A program made the translations under genes and the position numbers. This document shows, in pieces, positions 39,770-51,564 of a stretch of DNA of 64,000 nt (positions are counted from its first letter, which is position 1; each line of letters begins with the position of its first letter). The stretch is taken from NCBI RefSeq assembly GCF_018977255.1, contig NW_024704742.1, positions 126,234,001-126,298,000 of the forward strand. Reading direction: 5' to 3'. Below the pieces are notes generated by a model. It had not been told where the DNA came from and did not search any database. It saw only the letters and a program-made list of their open reading frames with translations. Origin of the DNA: Callorhinchus milii (Eukaryota).

Positions 39770-40294
39770 ATTTTCGTTTCAGATTCCAGCATCTGCAGTA
39801 TTTTGTGTTTTGTACACCCTTTCTGTCTCTGGTCTGCCTATTTTGTTGCAATTTCCATCCCTCCTCTGTTCTGCAGTATTAACACCTCTATTCCCGTGCT
39901 TTGTTGCAATCCCCCGCCCCCTTTGTTTTGTATCATTAATACATCATCCCCTGCCCTCTCCTTCCCAATATGCCCCAGTTTTGACAAAAGGTCGTGGATC
40001 TGAAATGTTGATTCACATTCCTTTCTCCATAGATGCTGCCTGACCTCCTGAGTGTTCCCAGCGACTTCTATTTTTGTTACATTTATATAGCACATTTCAT
40101 GCCAAGATGATGTCTCAATGTGCTTGACACTGACTGGGAACCCAAGCTCGTGGTAGGAAGGGGAAAGATGACCGAAAAGGCTTGAATTGGGGCAGGGAAG
40201 GAAAACATCAGCAATGTTCCTGTCCCTGATCACTTTCCTAGGTTCCCTGCTGCAAACTGCATGTGATTGCATCAACATCACAAGATTATAAGAA

Positions 40295-40755
40295 GATTCA
40301 CCAAGCATGCTGCCTGAATGAGCAAATGCAGTTTTAGGGAAAGCTTGATAAACTGGAACTTTATTTCCTTTGGAGCTCAGAATGTTGAGAGGGGATATGG
40401 TAATGTTATATAAGATGATGGGAGGCTTAGATAGGATGGACAGGGAATATTATTTCCAGTGATCAGGGAGTCTAGGACCAGAGGGTATAGTTTTAGAATC
40501 AACTTTCACACAGAGAGTGGTGAGAGTGTGGAATTTGTGCTGTAGTCAGTTGTTGGGAGACAGCAACTATGTGCATATTCAAAAAAAGACTGGACACATG
40601 TTTAAATGAGAATAAAGTTGAGGAATATGGGGAAAAAAACGGGATATGGAATTAGAGATAGGATCTTGGATAGGCGCTCATGTGGAGTATAAACACCAGC
40701 CTGATTGGATGGGCTGAATGGCCTGTTTCATATTTGTACTATCTATGAATCTATA
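40295..40755 (+). mobile_element. CR1 3' fragment
   Basis: Decayed RFTKML...LRGDM...FTQRVVRVWN and a 3' UTR ending gggctgaatggcctg. Other CR1 pieces at 4590-4945(+), 13280-13735(-), 15900-16150(+), 18300-18460(-), 20150-20325(-), 20720-20930(-), 25405-25530(-), 29390-29715(+), 31220-31565(+) and 60560-60780(+). Confidence 0.75.
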
Positions 40756-40859
40756 GTTGGTTCAACCCACCTGAAATCATCCTTCCAGATACCCACCCTA
40801 CAATCCTCCCATCACAGCATCCAACAAGTGAAGTCAATATCAGACTTGGCTGGAATTCC

Positions 40860-41355
40860 GTTCCCCAACATTCAAAAACCTGGGCAACACCAGCATCACC
40901 CCATCACACCCGCCCTCACCTAGCTCTCTTTGACCGAGCCTTCAGCTCCCCTCTCGACTCTCTTCCCCCTCCTCGCTGCCTCCCTTCCCTCCCCTCACCC
41001 TGACCATTTCTTCCCTCCTCGCTCCCTCCCTTCCCTCCCCTCACCCTGACCATTTCCCCCTGCTCGGGTCCTGACCCAACTGTGCAGCGCCTTGTGACGT
41101 CCTCCTGACGTGAAAGGCGCTTTATAAATGGAATCTTGTTGTTGTATTGGCTTCCCATCCCTCAGAGGATCGAGTTCAAAATTCTCAGCCTCACCTTCAA
41201 GGCCCTCCATGGGCCCTCCTACCTCTCTGACCTGCTAACACCTTATCAAACTGTCCGCTCCCTCCGCTCAGCAGGCTCCATGTCCCCTGTGTGGCCCACT
41301 CCACCATTGGCCGTTGGGCTTTCTGCCTCTCTGCCCCCACCCTCTAGAACTCTAC
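40860..41355 (+). mobile_element. Young L2 3' end (~40925-41144) nested in an older L2 fragment
   Basis: The older L2 'ITPALT*L...[14 protein letters not shown]' is interrupted by an L2-A 3' UTR plus (TTG)n tail. Confidence 0.8.
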
Positions 41356-43281
41356 CTCACATATTATGTAATGCTGAGGAACCCAGTTACTCTGTGGTAT
41401 CTTGTGCTGTCGAGTGCAGAAATACAGACTTAAGAATGGAACTCTCAATTGGTCTGTAAATTCATCCTTTATGTGTGAGCATATTAATTCACCACTTGGA
41501 TTTCCCATTGTAGGAGCAAATGACTAAACAGAAGAGCATAGGAACATGGGAGGTTACCAACCTAGGATGCCATTCAGCCCTTCCAGCCTACAACCCCCAT
41601 CCCCACCAAGCCCCACACACACAGATATATTGCATGGCTCACTATCCATATCTCTCTTAATTTCCTCCACTAATTTCTAATCTACTGCTTTCTGAGAAGG
41701 TTTAGAGTAATCAGCCAAATGTCTGATTGAAATGTACTGAAGATGATTTCTATGAGGGTCAGTCCAACTGCTTCTCTCTTTCGGCTCCATAAATTGGTGA
41801 ACTCTCAGGCTGTCTCACTTCATAGACACTGTATATTATCCAAAGGCAGGCTTCAGCTGTCCAGCTTGGTTTGATTTAGCATAATGGTGCTGACCTAAAA
41901 ATGTTTACAATTCAAAGATCGTAGCCAAGATTTAAGGGATGACATTCCTCACCCTTTGTACAGTCACTTTTACGATCTGGGGTTGCAATAGGAAATCCCA
42001 TTTTATGCGCACATCAGCTATTTTGCTTCACTGAACAGCAAGAGAGATTTCATCCCCTGTCCACACCGCTCCCCCCAACCATCAACACCCAGTAACGTCA
42101 CAGGATACAATGTGAACTTTCCTACTTTGCTCCTTCAGCAGAGTTAACTTACAGAGGAATCTCGTTGCTAATTGCCTGACCTTCGTTGCACTTAGTAACG
42201 AGTTTGGTATTTTAGCTTCCATTCAGTTTCAAATTACAACAACAAAAACTTGTATTTATATGCTGTAGCGTCTCGGAATGCTTAACAATGGAGGAATTTG
42301 ACACTGAGCTGTGGAGAAAGGGGAGATTAAGCATGGTCAGAGAGGAAAGTCTTAGGCGCGATTTGAAGATGGGGAAAAAGGGGGCAAGGCAGAGGTCTTC
42401 GGGTCAGGGCATCCTCACCTCTGATTGGCTGATGGACATATCGATCAAGCCTGTCTTAAAAGGAACCGACCCTTTAACTGAGTTTTACTTAGTTAAGTGG
42501 TTTAGTAGCTGAAGGCTTGTTAACTGATGGAAAATTGGGGGCAGGGAACTAATCCAACCAGAAAGGCGAGCAGAAGAGTAGAGTAGGAAAGGTCACAGAG
42601 ATAAGGTTCTGGGACCTGAGGGATTTATAGGTGAAGGTGAAAAAAAGCAGACTAGGAAAAAGTGACAGTCAATGCCCTCAATACAGCTATGTTCACATAG
42701 TGTATTTACATTTAGAAATGCCCAGGGTTAAATACTGTGATTTGTTTGTTCAATCACTTACCGTTTAACTATCCCGATATAGATTTCCCTATCAATGATG
42801 CAAAGCAAACAGAAGGCGTATTAGATTGATGCCCCAGGCTGACATCCCTAAAACAAATGATGTGGTAACAGTTTCCAGCCTATTACCATTGAGGCCTGGA
42901 GCACTACATTTATATTACAATGTATCATGAACATACCTTGCATTGTTTTCTGAAACCAACCAACTTATTACCACAATTCTCAGAGATCAAACGTTGTAGG
43001 CAGCCCTGTTGATTTTTTACCTGCTACAATTTAATGGAGCAACACAGAAATTCAATCACAATAATAATGTTTGACAGAGTGCCTTATATCAAAAAGGTCG
43101 CTCACTCTTTGTAGAGTGAGTTATTTTAAAGCATAATAACTGTTGTTAGGCACTTAAACTGTGGCAGCAAAGCATCACATGCATAGCACAGAAACAGACC
43201 ATTCAAACCAAATGGTCTTTTATAGGTGAGTGTGAATAAGGGAACTCTCTAGGCCCAATTGTCAAAGGATGATGTCTGTCT

Positions 43282-43574
43282 TAATAATAATAATAATCCT
43301 TGCATTTGATATAGCGCTTTTCACGTCGGGAGGAGGTCCCAAAGCGCTTCACAGAACACACTGTAAAGTGAATTGACTGTATATTTTTGGGCGAACACGG
43401 CAGCCATTTGCGCACATCAATGTCCCACAAACAGTCGTAGATTGAAAAATTTTATTATTTTTTTTTGTTTGTTTTTGGAGGGATTATTATTAGGCGTGTG
43501 GAGTAAGGAAACTTGCCCAAGGTTTCGCCCTGACTGGAATTGAACTCAGGTCTCTAACCGCTGAGCTACAGGAC
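43282..43574 (-). mobile_element. Deu-SINE (short form, deletion in tRNA head)
   Basis: (ATA)n tail, hairpin, Deu core and B box present; anticodon arm deleted. Confidence 0.88.
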
Positions 43575-43835
43575 GACTACCTGAGCAAATCAGATGACAG
43601 GGTGACCTCTCAGGGTAAGCAAGCCGGTCTGAGACTAGTGACCAAGGGCTCAAGTTACCTCCGTATCCAGTCTCCCTGCTTCCTCTTTGTGAGGGGAGAT
43701 CAAACTCTTCAGATTGGAAGGACTGAATTACCGATTCCAGCAAACAGGAGCTCAATCCGTTGAGGACATGTAAACATGTAAACACAAGTGAATCTCAACA
43801 GGAGATCTTTCTGTCAGGCACATATCCCGAGGAGC

Positions 43836-43879
43836 AACTGATAACTACTCTTGATCTTAGCCAAAAGGCCAACAACGAC
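43836..43879 (-). pseudogene. U2 snRNA 5' fragment
   Basis: Minus strand reads GGCCTTTTGGCTAAGATCAAGAGTAG-TTATCAGTT, matching the U2 5' sequence GGCCTTTTGGCTAAGATCAAGTGTAG...TTATCAGTT with one substitution and a short deletion. Confidence 0.8.
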
Positions 43880-44549
43880 ATTACCCATTGATGCTGCATT
43901 TCCTGAGTCCTACAGTAGTGTCAGCCTAAATTATGATCTGAACTGCTGGTGCAGGGCTTGAACCCAAGACCTTTTAACCTGAGTACTACCAACTGAGCCA
44001 ATTGACACTTATCAACAGTGGTTCAGCAGTAAGGGTAACCATCCAAAAGCATTTGACAAGGAGCTGTAGAGAACAAAGGATGCCACAATGGTTTAACCTA
44101 CTGTACTTTCACCTCTGGCATATGTATTTGAATCACTCACGGAATGATGGGATAAATTACTCTCTGTGCTGGTCCCTTATATGAAATGAGTTTAAACAGG
44201 CTCAACTCAGGTCCTGGCAGATGAGTGACTGTAAAGGAAAACTACAAACAATTTACCCCACAATTTGCAATCTCTTTCAAGAAGGACATAAGGATAGCAG
44301 GAGCAGGAAATAATAGAAATCTCTGCAAAGAAGGGGACCATCCGAACCAACATTCCTATGCTGAAGTTAGCTCATCCACGGAGTTATTACCGAGCGCAGT
44401 ATGGGGCAGTGAGGAGGAGGCACTCACTGTCCATATTAATTGCTTGCACTTTGCTGTAAGTATAGCGCTGGCTTTTTATTATTGTCTGTGGGTTTCGTAG
44501 CTTACTCGACTGGTACCAAAATCTCCAATACCTAATTTATTCCCACTCA

Positions 44550-45480
44550 ATCCTCCTCCACTGCCTATCCTCCCACCTCAACCTTCAAGTTTCTGTCCTT
44601 GACTGGTTCAGGTCCTACCTTTCACACTGCCTCCACTTCATCATGGCAAACGTTTTCTCCTCCAGCCCCCGCACCGTCTCGTGCGGCGTTCCTCAGCACC
44701 TCAGGCGCTGGCAGCATCAGCCTCCACGGCTGCACGCTCAACCTCACTAAGCCAGTCAGGAACCTGGTTGTCTTGTTGACCCTAAACTGTCCTTTCTTCC
44801 CCCACATCTGCGCCATGACCAGCACTGCCTACCACCACCTCCGCAACATTGCCAGACTCCGCCACTGCCTCAGGTTGCCAAAACCCTCACCCACGCATTT
44901 GTCACATCAAGTCTCGATTATGGAACTCCCTACTCATCGACCTTCCCAACTCTTCCATTCACAAGCTGCGGATCATCCAAAACTCTGCAGCTCGTGTACT
45001 CTCGCGCACCAGGCTCCGTGACCCCATCACTCCCACCTCGCGCAACTCCACTGGCTCCCCATCCCTCAGAGGATCGAGTTCAAGATTCTTGTCCTCACTT
45101 TCAAGGCCATCCATGGCCTTGCCCCCTCCTACCTCTCTGACCTGCTGACTCCCTACCAACCTGCCCGCTCGCTCCATTCAGCGGGCTCCGACCTGCTCCA
45201 TGTCTCCCGCCATCGGTGGCCGGGCTTTCTACTCTGCCCCCATACTCTGGAACTCCATCTCACGGTCCCTTCATCTCTCTTCCTCCCTTGCCTCCTTCAA
45301 GGCTGGTCTCAAGACCCTCCCCTTCGTTTGTGCCTTCGGTCGCCCTCCTACCTCTCTGCCTTCCCTCACCCCTATCCCACCCCTCCCCCATGCTCGGGTC
45401 CTGACCCCTGACTGTCCAGCGCCTTTGGACGTCCTCCCGACATGAAAGATGCTCTATAAATGTAATTTTGTAGATGTTGT
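44550..45480 (+). mobile_element. L2 LINE fragment
   Basis: [11 protein letters not shown] and [19 protein letters not shown], then L2-A hairpin tail. Confidence 0.88.
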
Positions 45481-45509
45481 ATTCCATAATTCAGTGGAAC
45501 CTAACTCAC

Positions 45510-45740
45510 TATTCACAGTGAGTTTGTCATTGGAGACTAACGGTGTCTTCCTGCCTGGTGATAGGAATTGCTGGGTTCACTGACTTTCTTCACGTTGGCT
45601 GAGTTTCTCAAATTCCGTTTCCGATGCATCTCTTGACCACAAGCAACTTCGGAAAGAGGAACTGTGGCCTCTCTTGGGGCTCGCTGTGATTCCCCATTTC
45701 TTATGGTCAAAGCTTGAATTCCAGTAAAGCTTTTCACTTG
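45510..45740 (-). pseudogene. Exon-like block (231 nt, phase 1-1) with one in-frame TGA
   Basis: Pyrimidine-rich acceptor ...tttctttgaaAG|CAAGTG...GTGAATA|GTGAGT. Reads SEKLYWNSSFDHKKWG...EKLSQREESQ*TQQFLSPGRKTPLVSNDKLTVN. Confidence 0.5.
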
Positions 45741-46084
45741 CTTTCAAAGAAAAACAGGGTCATGCTGTACCGTTCCAGTAATCTGTTTCTATGATTTAAG
45801 CAGCTGATGCATCTATTTGCACAGGTGCGTTGTTACGCACTGTGCTGAGTGCACAGAATCACAGATTTTTAAGGCACAGATGTGGAGGCTGAGCTGAAAA
45901 ATTAAAAAGCAAAGGAGATTGATTCATTGGGCACATGGCCTTAAAATGCCATATATTCTATTGCACAGCAAGATTTATACATTGTCTCAAACCCTACCTA
46001 TGCTGTACATGCAGTTAGAAGCACTCAAAAAATGCTTTTATTACATCTAATGGCACTTCACCTACATGGACAAGTACTATTTCA

Positions 46085-46470
46085 GCCTGGCTCAGCTGAT
46101 CGCACACTCGTCTCTGAGTCAGAAGACTGTGGATTCAAGCTCCCAAGTTGAGACTTTGAACTGATTGTATAGGCTCCAACACAGGGCTGGGGTGTGCTGC
46201 ATTATTAGAAGTGCCGTCTTTCAGATGAGACGTTAAACTGCATCTCTGTCTGCCTGTTCATGGCAATATTTGAAAAGAGAAGGGAGTTTCTCCCAGTGTC
46301 CTGGCCGACAATCCCCCAAATAAAATTGGTCATCTACTTCATGGCTGTTTGCAGGACATTGCTGTTTGCAAATTGGTTGTCACGTTCCCTTGCAAAATAT
46401 ACTTTACAGTAAATCCTGAAAAGCACTTTGAAATGTCTTCCTGACCTGAGTAGCTATGTCAAAGTAAAGG
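46085..46470 (+). mobile_element. Older AmnSINE/SacSINE1-like Deu-SINE
   Basis: tRNA-like head and Deu domain gtgccgtctttcagatgagacgttaaac...catggcaatatttgaaaagagaagggagtttctcccagtgtcctggcc. Related pieces at 1455-1805(+), 36100-36230(+), 25100-25635(-), 48560-48950(-) and 43880-44005(-). Confidence 0.75.
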
Positions 46471-49400
46471 TTTCTTTTATTATCACACACTCTAAACATG
46501 AGCAGCCATTTTTGTACAATTTATGTCAAACTAGTGGATTATGTTGTGAATATTTTGTTACAGTGAAAATCTGCAACAAACTGTCAGTAACAAGTTCATG
46601 TAGGTGGATCGATTAACTTCTTTTATCCGGGTGGGATGGGGATTAGAGGATACAGGTAAAGATGTGGGCTGAGATAAGCAAATACTCCATTGAACACAAT
46701 GGTTCCTGAGGCCAGTGGAAGGGGCTGTTGTTCTATTGTTTCTTCAAACAGAGGGTGGGGAAAATGTGGAATGCTCTATCCCAGAATACCTGCAGAGATA
46801 GAATCAATATGGATGTTTGAAAAAGGCAGACAGATTCTTGGGTATTAGAGATGCCACAAGCACTGGGATAAAACAATCTTCCTAAATCTAATTTGTTATG
46901 ATAAATAGTTCTTGCATTTGATGTAGCGCCTTATCACTTCGTTGAGACATTTCAAAGCGCTTCACAGAATACACTATAAAGTGAATTGACTCTGTATTTT
47001 GTGAGCTGGTCAATGATTGTGTAGATTTCGTGTTCTGTGAACTTTTGGAATTAGAGCAGGTAATCTTTTCTTCAAGGTCCAATTGCAGAGAATGAATGAT
47101 GCATTTGGTCAACTAAAAATAGGACACGGATTTACTTCAGCCGGGTTCCTGTAAAGCAGCTGTATGCTGCCTCCGAACTGATAAAGATCATTTTTCCTGC
47201 TGCTCATCCCGATCAAAGATGATGATAATAATAATAAAAATAATTCTTGCAATTTGATATAGCACTTTATCCCATAATCGATATGCCTCAAAGCACTTCA
47301 CACAATATACTGTAAAGTGACTGTATGGTGTTTTGTGGTGATGATGGTCTGAAATGTTTTCAAAAGTTCCGATAGGCAAATTATTGTGTCAAAGCTGTGG
47401 CGATATTCAAACCTGAAGCCTGTTGATAATCAGCAGTTCAAATTCTGCCATTTCATAACAGATTATCGCATCGAACCCGTTATGAAATCTCGAAATTTAC
47501 TTCTACTACATTATCTGCAATTCACCTTCAGATAAATATTTTAAACTACCTAACAAACAGATACTGTTTGGTGACCACGGGAACACTTTATACCACACTA
47601 TAAAAATAACGAGGTCGGATCCTCCTTTTGGTTTAATCAGGCAAATATATTGTATTCCTTAGAGAAGCTTCATGAGAAAATTGCACTAAAATTTAATAAA
47701 GGTTCTCATGAAGGAGATTATACAAAATCTTTCTTGCAAGTTTTTTGAAACCAAGTTCAAATTCCAAAGAACCTTTGTGACTCATTTTTCAGGTAACATT
47801 TCAAGGTTTTTCTTAACCATATGCCATATGGGATATTTTGCTGCAGGCAAAGTGCACACTACCCCCTGCTGGTTATTGATGGCACAATTCAAACTGGGTT
47901 ACAATACGACTGATTAAAAACTGAACAAGTTTCCAGACTTAATTCTAAAAAAGCCAGATTCCTGCTGGACATTATTCAGATATATCTTACCAGCTCTTAT
48001 TCTGGCTGTCACTCTGAAAATATTTCTTTGAAGTATCCTCCTCGTAACTTTATTTTCCCTGACTTTTTTTTTGCTCTGCATTAACCGGATCTTTGCTTAT
48101 CATTTCCATTCTTTTTAATTACCTGCTTTCACTTGACAACTATTCTTATACCTCATTGAATAGATATTTTAGCAGGTTATTTTTGCAGCGAGATGGAAAT
48201 GTTTTTAAGTTTTTTTTTGCTCTGGGCAAACCTTAAAAAGTTTTAACCTGCTTAATAATTCACCCCCTCCTTCCCCACGTTCAAGACCTGCCTCCGCATA
48301 CACCACTTTGACTGTGCTTTCGGTCATCTTTCCCCTCCTCACTCCCATCCCCTTCCCTCAGGCTCAAGGGCCGAGCCAGCAATGTAAATCACTTTGAAAC
48401 ATCTTCCTTGATGTGAAAGGTGCTATGTAACTGTAAATTGCAAACTGGCAAAATATTTGATAGCAAAATATATCCATAGCAATTAAAAACTTCTGAAACA
48501 AATATTATCTGATAACAAGGCTCAATAAGAAAATAATGGCGACTCGGGACATTTATTACAATAGTCCTGTATTTGAAAAAGCACCGATAACATCAAAACA
48601 TCTCAACGTTCTTCACAGGGATTTCGGTTAACAACAGTGACTGTATTTGAAGCAAACACAGCAGTTAATTTGTGCACAGCAAGCTCCCACAAATAGCCAT
48701 GACTAATTGGTCTGGAGGAATGAGGCCAGGAAACTGAGAGAAACTCTTCCCGCTGCTAATAATGTTACAGAATCTTTAAAGTCCAGATGGGATTAGTTTT
48801 ATTAACACATCTAAAGGACTGTGCCTCCAGCAATGCACCAATATGGTACTAGAGTGTTAGCTTGGACTATGGGCTAAGCTCCCATTGTGGATCTTGAACC
48901 CCTAAATTTCTGACTCAGTGGTAATCATAACCATCAAGTGAGCCAAGGTAATGTATTAACCTCTGTTGAAATTTTATTGATTGAAAAACAAATAAGAAGC
49001 ATAGAAAGACTATAGCTATTCAACCTATCAAGCTCACTCTTTCCACAGATTGTGCACCATCCATTTTAACTCTTAGAAGTAATTTCTGTATCCTACTGTA
49101 CTTTTTTCTATTACCTTGCAAATGTAGTCATTGCATTTTTATAGTGCATTATCATGTTAACCAGTTTAATAGCTTCACAGTTAATTACAGTATTTTCAAA
49201 TGTAAGGATTTACGCATAGGCAAATACAGCAGTTATTTGTGCCAGCATGGATTGAAGAAAAGAAGATTGAAGTATCAAAATCATTCTGTTCAGAACCTTA
49301 AGGAGCATTTCATTATTTTTTTCATGTTGCCGTCTTCATATACTCTATGTGCTGCATGTAGTGTATGCTTATATACAAGGTAAAAGGTTAGGCTTGATTG

Positions 49401-50027
49401 GTTTTATACACCTGCAAAATGGAGGTGAAAATAGAACTGTGCCCATAGTCACTAATTTGTGACCGAGTGATTGGAATGTGTGAACAAATGCTATTAAATT
49501 TCCTTGCCAGTAACCTGCAGAGAAAATCTATTCTTGCAAAGTTAACACTGTGTTTAATGACCTGAACCTCCGATCTGGCCTGCACACTTTCTGACTCATA
49601 AATGTTATGTCCTGTGAAGCAAAAGAAAGGTCTGCCTGTATCTCAAATAGCCTTTCACTTAATTCACATTTATAATTATCGTGGAGCTGAACTTTAAATA
49701 GGTATTTGGATAGATTGGAAACATTCAAACCATGTTTCCTGGGCAGGGCAAAACCTTAGGCAAGTTTCCTTACTCCATACCCCTCTGTTAGCTTTTTTTT
49801 AAACCTAGCACTAAGTAGGAACCTGGTTTTTAGTCGATTTGCGGATCGCTTTCCGGGAGTAATAACCCCTTAAAAAAATGTAAATAATAATGATTTGATC
49901 ACTCAATCCATGACTGTTTGTGGGGCACTGCTGTGCACAATTGGCTGCCGCGTTTCACCCACAAAATATACAGTCGCTACACTTTACATTATATTTTGTG
50001 AATAGCTTTGTGATGTCTCAACGACAT

Positions 50028-51564
50028 CTCCACAGCTCCCTCTCCTCCCCTCTTGATTCCTTAACTCCCCTCTCTTCCCGTACCGTCTCCTATTCACGCA
50101 AATCACCTTGGTACACCAGCAACCTCCGCTCCCTTAAAGCCCAGGCGAGTTCCGCTGAGCGCGCCTGGCTTAAATCAAACCTAACTGTCCATCGGCAAAT
50201 TTGGCGGGCCCATTTTAAATCCTACCCCTCCGTCCTCGCCTGCACTAAATCGTTGTGCTACTCCAAGACAATCTTGGAGGCTAAGGACAACCCTAGGCTC
50301 CTCTTCTCCATCACAAACCAGCTCCTCCGCACATCCTCTCACACCTCACCCATCCTCACCTCAAATGCCATCTATGAGGCGATGCTGGACTTCCTAGAAT
50401 CCAAAATCGAGGGAATCCTCCTCTCTCATCACCACCATAACCCATATGAAACCTATCACCCACTCCCTCGACCTCATCCTTACCCCACTCCTTACCTCCT
50501 AGCTCCACCTCCTTGCCCCTCTACTAACTGACATCGTTAACCTCTTCCTGTCCTCTGGTACTGTTCCCACCCTGTTAAAAACCACTGTCATCACTCCTGT
50601 CCTAAAAAAACCTTGCCTTCACCCTTCTCTACTCCCTAACTACCATCCCATCTCCAACCTCGCTTTCCTCTCCAGGGTCCTGGAACGAATTGTTGCTTCT
50701 CAGCTTCGCTCCTTCCTCTCCCACCACTCCCTTCTCGAATCCCTCTAATCGGGTTTCCGTGCTCCCTACGGCACAGAAACAGCTCTGGTCAAAGTGACAA
50801 ATGACATTCTGTCCATCTGTGACATGGGCTCCCTCTGCCTCTTCGTCCTCTTTGACCTCTCTGCTGCTTTCGACCCCATCAACCATTCTATCCTCATCGA
50901 CCGCCTCTCCTCTCACCTCAACCTCCACTGCTCTGTCCTTGATTGGTTCAGATCATACCTCTCACACCATAGGCCACTGAATCTCTCATACATGCCTTCA
51001 TTACATTGAGGCTCAACTATGCAAACTCACTGCTTGTCGGCCTCCCCAACTCCTCCCTCCACAGGCTGCAGATCATCCAGAACTGTGCAGCCCGTGTCCT
51101 CTCCGCACTAGACTCCGCAACCATATCACCCCCATCCTCGCCCAACTCCACTGACTTCCCATCACACAGAGGATACAGTTCAAGATCCTGGTCCTCACCT
51201 TCAAAGCCCTCCATGGTCTTTCTCCCCCCCTACCTCTCCGATTTCCCAACCCCCTACCATCCTGTTCGCTCCCTCCATTCAGCGGGCTCCGACCTGCTTC
51301 ATGTCCCCCGCCTTGCTCGCCCCACTATTGGTGGGCGAGCCTTCCACCACTCTGCCCCCACCCTCTGGAACCTCTCCCTCGTCACCTTCAAGACCCATCT
51401 CAAGATCCTCCTCTTAGACTGTGCTTTCGATCTCCCTGCTTCCCCTCCTGCCCTCCACCCTCCCCCACCCTGACCCCCAGCTCGGGTCGGTAACTCTGTC
51501 TGTCCAGCGTCTTGGGACGTCCTCCCGATGTGAAAGACGCAATACAAATGTAATTTTGTTGTTG
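50028..51564 (+). mobile_element. L2 LINE fragment including the ORF2 region upstream of the RT
   Basis: [17 protein letters not shown]...FDLSAAFD and RLNYANSLL, then tail ending (TTG)n. Multiple deletions. Confidence 0.9.

Larger units (their letters stand above)
39033..40078 (+). mobile_element. Penelope-like element, 3' part (GIY-YIG endonuclease region plus pseudo-LTR)
   Basis: Decayed frames read IQQIILCHFRHLQ...HIFPSP...AFRRDHSLRDSLVHS...GTFPCQCRRC...GPKHRFQV...FTC...VCCIRCSQYGL...RLGDRF...GLNIDFNNFRL*: the Cys-rich linker and GIY-YIG region of vertebrate PLEs. Confidence 0.88.

Noticed and set aside
39975..40012. Active hammerhead ribozyme in the older pseudo-LTR
   Set aside because: The core is mutated (TTGACAA instead of CTGATGA; TGAAAT) and stem II is weakened.
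11935..49691. In-frame TGA codons as selenocysteine or programmed readthrough
   Set aside because: TAA and TAG stops, frameshifts and TE insertions occur in the same blocks, and no SECIS was recognised.
47991..49691. Naming the remnant gene as C18orf63/DUF4708-like (or CCDC60-like at 17426-17674)
   Set aside because: The resemblance is faint, recalled from memory and does not extend to neighbouring blocks. It needs a real profile search.
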